Source: a virus. From it: a stretch of 46,292 bases of DNA. Within the stretch, counting starts at the first letter, position 1. The number at the start of each line of letters is the position of its first letter. Under the pieces are notes generated by a model that saw only the letters and a program-made list of their open reading frames with translations, was not told where the DNA came from and did no database searches. A program made the position numbers and the translations under genes. Below are positions 6,451 to 12,558 of this stretch, piece after piece. Location of the stretch: the IMG/VR virus record IMGVR_UViG_3300031464_000003, one strand, 5' to 3'.

Positions 6451-6885
6451 CTACCCTTCAATGATCTCTAGTTGGCTAGGCTGGTAGAAGCCAACTCTGG
6501 GATCCCCCATCATGTCCTGGAATTTCGCCACAATATCCTCGGACAGGTCCAGGTAGACGGCGATCGGAAACAGACGCACGTCGTCTCGCTCAACTCGAAG
6601 CACTTTCCCTGTAGCGTTTCCGTCGTAGCCATTCACGGGCTTCACGACCCGAACACGAGTTCCTTTCTGGAATCGGTGCAGATCCTTCCATGGCATGGCT
6701 TGCGTTTCCTCGATCGTCCGATTCCACGTGCCCAACAAATACTGGTCTTGGGCGCGGTCTACCGCCTTTTCAACTGCGAGGTGGGGGTCCCTCTCGTACG
6801 CGCTGCGCGGGACCGCCACAGTCGCGGTGTAGCGGCGCGTCTCAGTCCACGTAACGCAGACCTTCACCATGTCATCGTTTGCCAT
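6451..6885 (-). CDS. Hypothetical protein (144 aa from ATG 6885)
   Basis: ATG 6885 is preceded by AGGAACGGAGAGAAGGTC. The longer track ORF would run through the upstream hairpin element. Confidence 0.6.
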   Translation of the reverse strand: MANDDMVKVCVTWTETRRYTATVAVPRSAYERDPHLAVEKAVDRAQDQYLLGTWNRTIEETQAMPWKDLHRFQKGTRVRVVKPVNGYDGNATGKVLRVERDDVRLFPIAVYLDLSEDIVAKFQDMMGDPRVGFYQPSQLEIIEG

Positions 6886-6911
6886 GACCTTCTCTCCGTT
6901 CCTGTTGCGTC

Positions 6912-6965
6912 CTAGCGGACAGGGCGACGGCCGGCCTACCGTCCGGCCGCCACGCTGAGCGCTAG
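6912..6965 (-). repeat. CTAG-flanked extended intercistronic hairpin, family B
   Basis: CTAGCGGACAGGGCG-[cggccgg ... ccggccg]-CCACGCTGAGCGCTAG. The left flank is shared with 6395-6446. The right CTAG contains the stop of the 6962 gene. Confidence 0.75.
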
Positions 6966-7267
6966 CACTCATCTAGCAAGTCCCGGAAGCACGCGGCGCA
7001 GTACTCGCCACCCTCCAACTGGCTAGCGAAGACCACCTTCGGGAAGTCGCCAGAGTCAAACGCCCCTTCATCCTGCCGGTTGATCCCAAAGGCCGCCGCG
7101 ATCTCGTCTAGGTTTTCCTCGGCCGACATGCGGATTGCGGGTGCGACCTTCCATCCGTCGTACCGCGGATCCGACGTCACCACGTCACCGATACATCCCT
7201 GGCAGTAAGTGTCGGCCCGGAAGACGTATCCGACGATGTCGGTAGCGTGCACGTAGCTAGTGCGCAT
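6962..7267 (-). CDS. Hypothetical protein (101 aa from ATG 7267)
   Basis: GGGAATGGAGAGGGAAGTC precedes ATG 7267. Two CxxC-like pairs are present (CQGC, CAAC). Confidence 0.6.
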   Translation of the reverse strand: MRTSYVHATDIVGYVFRADTYCQGCIGDVVTSDPRYDGWKVAPAIRMSAEENLDEIAAAFGINRQDEGAFDSGDFPKVVFASQLEGGEYCAACFRDLLDEC

Positions 7268-7294
7268 GACTTCCCTCTCCATTCCCGGTGGGTC

Positions 7295-7519
7295 CTAGCG
7301 TGACTCACGCACGCGCGTCACTGCGTACTTTCCCAGATTGTCATTTCGTAGGCTGACCCCATATCCGCCCGGGCGGATGTGCGCCAACGCGGTTAGCGAA
7401 TTCGCCCAACCTAGGCTAGGGTCATTGTAGATTCGCCATACGGTCATCTCATAGGTGCGGCCATCGACCGTCACATTGATACGGTCGCCAACCCTCAGAT
7501 CGCTCACCGACGCGACCAT
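7295..7519 (-). CDS. Hypothetical protein (74 aa)
   Basis: GGGAAGGTGAGAA precedes the ATG. Confidence 0.55.
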   Translation of the reverse strand: MVASVSDLRVGDRINVTVDGRTYEMTVWRIYNDPSLGWANSLTALAHIRPGGYGVSLRNDNLGKYAVTRVRESR

Positions 7520-7546
7520 TTCTCACCTTCCCGGTTTGATTGCCCA

Positions 7547-7579
7547 ATGCATGGCCAGTCAGAGAGACCGGCCATGCAT
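7547..7579 (-). terminator. Intercistronic 10-bp hairpin
   Basis: atgcatggcc / ggccatgcat with a 13-nt loop. The downstream flank CTGAGCGCTAG (shared with 6954-6965) contains the stop of the 7599 gene. Confidence 0.5.
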
Positions 7580-7598
7580 AAGGCCGCCAAACTGAGCG

Positions 7599-7823
7599 CT
7601 AGGCGTCAACCACGAATAGGCCGTCCTTGTCTTGGTAGATGCCCGCCTCCACCGCCAGGATGGGGAATGAGAATGGCGTTCCGTCGTCATTCAATAGCTG
7701 GGCGCTACGGTGCGATAGCACCTGCACGTTCATGCGCTTTCCGGCAACCCTCATGTGCATGCAAACCTCGGACCATGGAAGCTCCACAGTCACAACGTCG
7801 CCAATAGCCACAGTACGGCGCAT
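7599..7823 (-). CDS. Hypothetical protein (74 aa)
   Basis: The leader CTGGAAATGGGAGGTAGGGACA precedes the ATG. Confidence 0.55.
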   Translation of the reverse strand: MRRTVAIGDVVTVELPWSEVCMHMRVAGKRMNVQVLSHRSAQLLNDDGTPFSFPILAVEAGIYQDKDGLFVVDA

Positions 7824-7851
7824 TGTCCCTACCTCCCATTTCCAGTTTGGG

Positions 7852-7905
7852 GTGAGTCCCCATGGCCACGCTCACGCGGCGGTGAGCGTGACAAAGGCGA
7901 CTCAC
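7852..7905 (-). repeat. Extended intercistronic hairpin, family C
   Basis: GTGAGTCCCCATGGC-[cacgctcac gcggcg gtgagcgtg]-ACAAAGGCGACTCAC. The outer 7-bp stem is gtgagtc/gactcac. Confidence 0.8.
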
Positions 7906-8105
7906 TCTGTCGTTTCGTAGACGTAGCCTCGCTGGGCCTCGCTCACATAGCTGACCGGGCGGCCGGCAAAACGCTCGGCCGCGTCACGGTGAGGATTGCT
8001 GGACCCATAGTCATAGGCGTATGTGGCCTGCTCGCCGCCCCCGTAGACGCGGATACGCGCACCCTTGGTGTCGGTAGCGGGCAGATACTCAGTCTTAATA
8101 CGCAT
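7902..8105 (-). CDS. Hypothetical protein (67 aa from ATG 8105)
   Basis: GGAATTGGGAGG sits 7 nt before ATG 8105. The longer track ORF would cross hairpin 8142-8195. Confidence 0.55.
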   Translation of the reverse strand: MRIKTEYLPATDTKGARIRVYGGGEQATYAYDYGSSNPHRDAAERFAGRPVSYVSEAQRGYVYETTE

Positions 8106-8141
8106 GGCCATACCTCCCAATTCCAGGTGGGATTGGGGAAC

Positions 8142-8195
8142 GTGAGTCCCCATGACGGGGACCGGATCATGCCGGTCCCCACCAAGGCGACTCAC
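8142..8195 (-). repeat. Extended intercistronic hairpin, family C
   Basis: GTGAGTCCCCATGAC-[ggggaccgg atcatg ccggtcccc]-ACCAAGGCGACTCAC. The flanks match 7852-7905 but the inner stem differs. Confidence 0.8.
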
Positions 8196-8380
8196 TCTGC
8201 GCTCTCCCTAGCCCAGGCATATGGCAGGTGTCCACCCTTGGCTAGCCATTCGTCAAGCGCCTCCGCGAATTCAGCGATGTCTTCTGCGACGGCCGCCCTA
8301 GCTTCCGTAGCGCTTTCCGGGAGTGACTTAAATGTGTGAATCGCTCCGCGAAGTTCCCGCAGGGTGACGTCAGGATCCAT
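8192..8380 (-). CDS. Hypothetical protein (62 aa from ATG 8380)
   Basis: GAATGGGAGGTATGGTC precedes ATG 8380. Confidence 0.5.
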   Translation of the reverse strand: MDPDVTLRELRGAIHTFKSLPESATEARAAVAEDIAEFAEALDEWLAKGGHLPYAWARESAE

Positions 8381-8404
8381 GACCATACCTCCCATTCATC
8401 GTGC

Positions 8405-8515
8405 CTACGGTTGCACGTACCATGTGGCCGTACACGCGCTTGGTATTACCCACCATGCTAGATAGACGGTGGCCACTAGCAACGTCGCGTAGGCGAATGC
8501 CAGAAACCCACGCAT
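8405..8515 (-). CDS. Small membrane peptide (36 aa)
   Basis: Below the track cutoff. Sequence MRGFLAFAYATLLVATVYLAWWVIPSACTATWYVQP. SD GGACGGGAGAGACC precedes the ATG. Its stop abuts the SD of the next gene. Confidence 0.45.
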   Translation of the reverse strand: MRGFLAFAYATLLVATVYLAWWVIPSACTATWYVQP

Positions 8516-8536
8516 GGTCTCTCCCGTCCTGCCTGC

Positions 8537-8593
8537 CCTAGGCAGGCGTGGCAGTGACCATGCCGGAGCATGGTCACCACCATGCGCGCCTAG
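8537..8593 (-). repeat. CTAG-flanked extended intercistronic hairpin, family D
   Basis: CCTAGGCAGGCGTGGCA-[gtgaccatgc cgga gcatggtcac]-CACCATGCGCGCCTAG. Confidence 0.8.
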
Positions 8594-8596
8594 TGT

Positions 8597-8869
8597 CTAG
8601 GCCGTGACTTCGTGAGGGTAGAACAGGCCATGCGCCAGGCGCTTTTCATCTGCCATAGGCTTAACCTGGTCAGGCCGCAAGTAACGGATATGCTTAACGT
8701 ACGGTCCCCCGATCATCAGGTAGACCGGTCCGTTATCCGGAATCCGCGTCTCCCCTACGACAAGTCCGATCCCGCGATCGGACCGCCAGACTCCCCGTTC
8801 CGTCCTGTAGGGGATACACCATTCAACGGCGGTAATCTTTTCCGGGGTCTCCCAGTACCAAGTGGCCAT
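8597..8869 (-). CDS. Hypothetical protein (90 aa from ATG 8869)
   Basis: ACGGAATGGGAGAAAATC precedes ATG 8869. The longer track ORF would cross hairpin 8901-8959. Confidence 0.55.
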   Translation of the reverse strand: MATWYWETPEKITAVEWCIPYRTERGVWRSDRGIGLVVGETRIPDNGPVYLMIGGPYVKHIRYLRPDQVKPMADEKRLAHGLFYPHEVTA

Positions 8870-8900
8870 GATTTTCTCCCATTCCGTTCGGTCTCGCCCG

Positions 8901-8959
8901 CCTAGGCAGGCGTGGCAACGGCCAGGCCGGATATCCTGGCCGTCACCATGCGCGCCTAG
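8901..8959 (-). repeat. CTAG-flanked extended intercistronic hairpin, family D
   Basis: CCTAGGCAGGCGTGGCA-[acggccagg ccggatat cctggccgt]-CACCATGCGCGCCTAG. The flanks are identical to 8537-8593 and the inner stem is unrelated. Confidence 0.8.
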
Positions 8960-9336
8960 CAGTCGCACCCTAGATTGGCCTCACGTGCCGCGTCCTGCAC
9001 AACGCGGTAAACCGCGTCATAAAAGCGGCGGAGTTGGCCCCAACCGCCGCTGGCCGTCTCCCATTGGAAAGATCGCTCACCGGTGCTCTCTACCCAACCA
9101 AGATGGCGGTAGCAAAGCGGACCGGACACGGTTACCCGCCATGCATTGTGGCCGGCCAGCATTGGCCACACACTGTGGCGTTCGCCGCTCACATAGACGT
9201 CCAGAACCTCACCATCATCGTCCCGGATAATTTGTGGTCCATTGCCCAGTGAACGGGTGCGGGCCACTTCGTGAGCCTCCCGGAGCGTGGCAAACTCGGT
9301 TCGGGCGCCAGTGATCGGGTCACCAACAATCGCCAT
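8956..9336 (-). CDS. Hypothetical protein (126 aa from ATG 9336); first gene of the leftward block
   Basis: ACGGAATGGGAGAGTAGGA precedes ATG 9336. Confidence 0.6.
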   Translation of the reverse strand: MAIVGDPITGARTEFATLREAHEVARTRSLGNGPQIIRDDDGEVLDVYVSGERHSVWPMLAGHNAWRVTVSGPLCYRHLGWVESTGERSFQWETASGGWGQLRRFYDAVYRVVQDAAREANLGCDC

Positions 9337-9842
9337 TCCTACTCTCCCATTCCGTGCGTGCACTTGCCCTACCTACACTCCCCATCCGCGGCAGGATGGC
9401 GAGCCTAGGCAGGGGCCACGCGGCGGGCCAGCGGATACGCCGAGAAAGGCACTCTGCCTTAGGTTGACCGCGCCATTGGTCGGCGCCTCAGTGACGCTAG
9501 CAACGCTGGGTGAGACTCCCGCACACGTGGCCACGCACGCTCTCTATGGCCACGGCTCCACTGTGGAGTTGTCAAACTTCATATCCGCTCCGAGGGTCCG
9601 CCACCGTGGCCGCTACGCGGCCCTTGCGGGGGTTTCCCTCGCGGGTTGGTTACATCATGGCGGAGTCGCCATCAGGATGCAACCATCGCGATGAAACTTC
9701 TCACATAGTGAGACAGCATGGCTGTGACCTGGGCAAACGCGGCGCGGTGCGCGCCGCGAGTGGCGATGACAGAGAAGGCTCTGAGAGCGCGTTGGTGGGA
9801 TGGTTTGTGTGTGGCTTTCGGCCGCAACGGAAGCGGCGCGTT

Positions 9843-9892
9843 GGGGAGAGGGGAAAGCGACGCGCGTATGCGCGTCGCGAGGGGAGAGGGGA
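9843..9892. repeat. 12-nt direct repeat GGGGAGAGGGGA (x2) flanking a 9-bp hairpin
   Basis: Copies at 9843-9854 and 9881-9892. The hairpin gcgacgcgc-gtat-gcgcgtcgc lies at 9857-9878. Confidence 0.85.
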
Positions 9893-9959
9893 GAGAAAAC
9901 GCGGCGACGGATAACGGCGCCGCGTATCGGATTTGTCGAGAATTTTGACTCTCCGGGGT

Positions 9960-10027
9960 ACCGACTTTCGGTCGGGACCGTTTCGTTTCGGTCCTGACCG
10001 AAAGTTTCTGTGACCGTTTCCGGTCAC
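9960..10027. promoter_or_regulatory. Operator-like array: seven alternating GACCG/CGGTC half-sites ending in the palindrome GTGACCG-TTTC-CGGTCAC
   Basis: Component palindromes: ACCGA-ctt-TCGGT (9960-9972), CGGTC-gg-GACCG (9969-9980), GGACCG-n8-CGGTCC (9975-9994), TCGGTC-ct-GACCGA (9988-10001), GTGACCG-tttc-CGGTCAC (10010-10027). The array ends 5 nt before the -35 of the 10033 promoter. Confidence 0.5.
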
Positions 10028-10032
10028 GGGTC

Positions 10033-10061
10033 TTGACTACCCGTCGGTAACATGGTATAAT
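10033..10061 (+). promoter_or_regulatory. Near-perfect sigma-70-type promoter TTGACT-17-(TGg)TATAAT
   Basis: tcTTGACTacccgtcggtaacaTGgTATAATg. The -35 is at 10033-10038, the extended -10 TG at 10053-10054 and the -10 at 10056-10061. Confidence 0.7.
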
Positions 10062-10086
10062 GACCCCCGGTTTTTAACCGGGGGTC
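10062..10086. promoter_or_regulatory. 25-bp near-perfect palindrome over the predicted +1
   Basis: GACCCCCGGTT-ttt-AACCGGGGGTC begins 1 nt after the -10 hexamer. Confidence 0.5.
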
Positions 10087-10094
10087 CCCCAACC

Positions 10095-10165
10095 CCCCCA
10101 TGACTCCCGCCACAAAATCGCGGCTAATTGGTGAGCCGCTGGCGGTCGTCATGGGGGTCTTTTCT
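10095..10165 (+). terminator. Rod-like structure with a U-rich tail (terminator-like end of a roughly 100-nt leader RNA)
   Basis: cccccatgac (10095-10104) pairs with gtcatggggg (10148-10157). Inner helices are ccgcc/ggcgg and gcggct/agccgc. The structure is followed by TCTTTTCT. Confidence 0.4.
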
Positions 10166-10175
10166 GGTCATCGAC

Positions 10176-10201
10176 CACCATGTGACGAACGTCACATGGT
10201 G
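10176..10201. repeat. Perfect 12-bp-arm inverted repeat
   Basis: CACCATGTGACG-aa-CGTCACATGGTG, followed by TATTTCC. Confidence 0.9.
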
Positions 10202-10255
10202 TATTTCCGCAGGTCAGAGGGTGTTTCACAAGTTCACAAAAGATTTTACCTTTGA

Positions 10256-10435
10256 CCGTGAGACAGATCAATTTTTTCTCACGGACGTATAGGGTGAGGG
10301 GTTCTAGCGAACCCCTCTAAGCCCACGAAGTGGGCTAGTGAACGAAGTGAACGTTAGAGGGGTGAAGCTAGAACCCCGAACCCAGCGGTGAGGGAACTCG
10401 ATGTTCCCGAACCGCTACCCCCTTGGAGGGGGGTA
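10256..10435 (+). other. Series of six stem-loops in the leader upstream of terL
   Basis: Stems at 10256-10284 (8 bp), 10296-10317 (8 bp), 10320-10336 (7 bp), 10359-10377 (5 bp), 10384-10416 (6+6 bp) and 10416-10435 (7 bp). A direct repeat GTGAACG x2 lies at 10338-10353. Confidence 0.8.
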
Positions 10436-10611
10436 GCGAGCGACCGCCCTAGCGGGAGCGAGCGTAGGGGGGAACCAACAAAGATTCGCGTTGGGTGGGG
10501 TTTCTGCGGTTCTCGCTGGCGCTGATTCTGGCCCCTTTTCTGCGGTGTGCTAGGCGCCCCCTCACCCACCCCCCTAATTTTCCCCATGTTGTTCTCCCTG
10601 GAGTTTGGTCG

Positions 10612-12558
10612 TTGAGCACCGGCAAGGTCTACTCTGCGAGGTCCCGCGGTGGGCAGCGTAGGACGACCGGCGTCCGGTATGACGTCCGGACCGCGAAGGC
10701 GCGGACGATCGAGTTCATCGAGGCTGGGCTGACGGTCCAGGCCGCGATGGACAAGGTTGGCAGGTCGGTCAAGACCTACGAGTATTGGCGCCGGACGGAC
10801 CCGGATTTTAAAGCCAGGGTCGACCTGGCGATGCAGACCCGGAAGGTCGATGACTCTTCCCGGGAGGGCTACCGTCGCCGGGCTCGGGAGATGGGCTTTG
10901 CCGCCTGGCGCAAGGAATACCTTGGCCAGGAGGTTCCCTGGCACCAGCAGCAGTGGGTGGATCTGCTGGAGGGCCGGGAGCCGCGGGACCTGCACCCGGC
11001 TCAGATCTACGAGCCGGGACGCAGGAACCGGATCATCGTCAACACCCCGCCCTATCACGGCAAGAGCATCACGCTCACCGTGGACTACGCGACGTACCGG
11101 ATCTGCTGTGACCCGAGCGTCCGCATCCGTATCGTCTCGAAGACCGCGACGCTGGCGTCCCAGTTCCTGGGCGCCATCAAGATGCGGCTCACCCACCCGC
11201 GGTACGCGAAGCTAATCGAGCATTTCGCCCCCGAGGGCGGGTTCAAGGCTACGGCGGAGTCGTGGACCCAGGACCAGATCTTCCTGGACATCATGGACCG
11301 GGACGGGATCGAGAAGGACCCGACGGTCCAGGCCGCTGGTATCGGGAAGCAGATCTACGGCACCCGGGCTGACCTGATCATCCTTGATGACTGCGTTGAC
11401 CTGGAGAACTCCAGCCAGCACGAGAAGCAGCGGCTGTGGTTGACGCAGGAGGTCGAGTCTCGGCTCGGGCCGGGCGGGGTGATCCTGGTCATCGGCACCC
11501 GCGTCAACCCGATCGACCTTTACCGGGAGCTTCGCAACGGGGAGCACTACGCCTCGGGCAAGTCCCCGTGGACCTATCTGTCCCAGCCGGCGATCCTGGA
11601 GGAGGTCGGCGAACCCAAGGACTGGGTGACTCTGTGGCCGAAGGCGCTCGACTCGTGGGGCGAGGACTGTGACTGCGGGACGCCAGAGTGTCGCGAGGGC
11701 TACGGCGACGGCTATTACCCGCGGTGGGATGGCGTGCACCTGGCCCGCATGCGGGACGGCTGGGATCCCCGCCGGTTTGCCTTGGTGTTTCAGCAGACCG
11801 AGGTGGATGAGGACGCCACCTTTCCCCACTACGCGGTCGCCGCGAGCATCAACAACCGGCGCCGCTGGGGCAAGGACGGCGGGCTCGACCGGGTGCCGGA
11901 CGGCTGCTACTGGATCGGGTCGCTGGACCCCGCCACCTCCGGCCACGCCGCCGGCATCGTCTACGCGGTCGACCCGCGCACCCGCAGACGCTACGTGGTG
12001 GACGCGGCGAATATCAAAGCCCCGACCCCGCTGCGGCTCAAGCAGTTGATCAAGAGCTGGTCGGTCGAGTATCCGATCCGCGAGTGGCGGGTCGAAAAGA
12101 CCGGCCTGCTGACCATGTTCACCCAGGACGCGGAGCTGCGGGCCTGGCTGGCTGGTCACGGGATCGTCTTCAAACCCCACTACACGGGCACCAACAAGTG
12201 GGACGCGGAGTTCGGTGTGGCCTCGATGGCGCCGCTGTTCGGGTCGTGGGACCGCACCGAGGACGGCGAGATCAAGTGCATCGTCGAGCCGATCATCGAG
12301 CTACCCAGGCTTGATAAGACGGCGCTGCGCACCCTGGTGGCCCAGCTTGAGTCCTGGTCGCCGGAGCTGGACCCGAAGAGAACCCCCTGCGACTTGGTGA
12401 TGGCGCTGTGGTTCGCGGAGGTCGGCGCCCGCGAGGTGTTGAAGTCGGGGCAGCGGGGCGCCCCCCACTTCCAACGCTCCAAGTGGTTGACCCCCGCCCA
12501 GCGGGCGAAGCAGCGAGTTATCAACCTGGCTGACTACATCTCCGGGACGGTTTGGTAA
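10612..12558 (+). CDS. terL: Terminase large subunit with N-terminal HTH (TerS-like) extension
   Basis: Walker A PPYHGKS and Walker B LIILDD, with a nuclease-domain-sized C-terminus. N-terminal HTH: TAKARTIEFIEAGLTVQAAMDKVGRSVKTYEYWRR. Start chosen at TTG 10612 (GGAG 8 nt upstream). The ORF is open from GTG 10495, so the start is uncertain. Confidence 0.85.
   Translation: MSTGKVYSARSRGGQRRTTGVRYDVRTAKARTIEFIEAGLTVQAAMDKVGRSVKTYEYWRRTDPDFKARVDLAMQTRKVDDSSREGYRRRAREMGFAAWRKEYLGQEVPWHQQQWVDLLEGREPRDLHPAQIYEPGRRNRIIVNTPPYHGKSITLTVDYATYRICCDPSVRIRIVSKTATLASQFLGAIKMRLTHPRYAKLIEHFAPEGGFKATAESWTQDQIFLDIMDRDGIEKDPTVQAAGIGKQIYGTRADLIILDDCVDLENSSQHEKQRLWLTQEVESRLGPGGVILVIGTRVNPIDLYRELRNGEHYASGKSPWTYLSQPAILEEVGEPKDWVTLWPKALDSWGEDCDCGTPECREGYGDGYYPRWDGVHLARMRDGWDPRRFALVFQQTEVDEDATFPHYAVAASINNRRRWGKDGGLDRVPDGCYWIGSLDPATSGHAAGIVYAVDPRTRRRYVVDAANIKAPTPLRLKQLIKSWSVEYPIREWRVEKTGLLTMFTQDAELRAWLAGHGIVFKPHYTGTNKWDAEFGVASMAPLFGSWDRTEDGEIKCIVEPIIELPRLDKTALRTLVAQLESWSPELDPKRTPCDLVMALWFAEVGAREVLKSGQRGAPHFQRSKWLTPAQRAKQRVINLADYISGTVW

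Noticed and set aside
9547-9575. TTGACA (minus strand, 9570-9575) as the promoter of the leftward block
   Set aside because: The sequence 16-18 nt downstream is TGGCCA/GGCCAT. The nearest -10-like ATAGAG is about 22 nt away.
9287-10027. ORFs 9287-9694, 9510-9914 (+) and 9701-10027 (-) in the divergent control region
   Set aside because: They have no SD, their composition is Arg/Gly/Pro-rich, and they run through dense palindromes and operator repeats. The region is better explained as regulatory DNA.
10495-10611. GTG 10495 as the terL start
   Set aside because: It would add a hydrophobic, Pro-rich segment (GFLRFSLALILAPFLRCARRPLTHPP) and begins inside the hairpin-rich leader without an SD. 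TTG 10612 has GGAG at -8. This remains uncertain.
10354-12180. Long minus-strand ORFs (10354-11196, 11212-12180) opposite terL
   Set aside because: These are typical shadow ORFs of a GC-rich coding strand. Their translations are Arg/Pro/Gly/Ala-rich and low-complexity, they have no SD, and they fully overlap a gene with clear terminase motifs.
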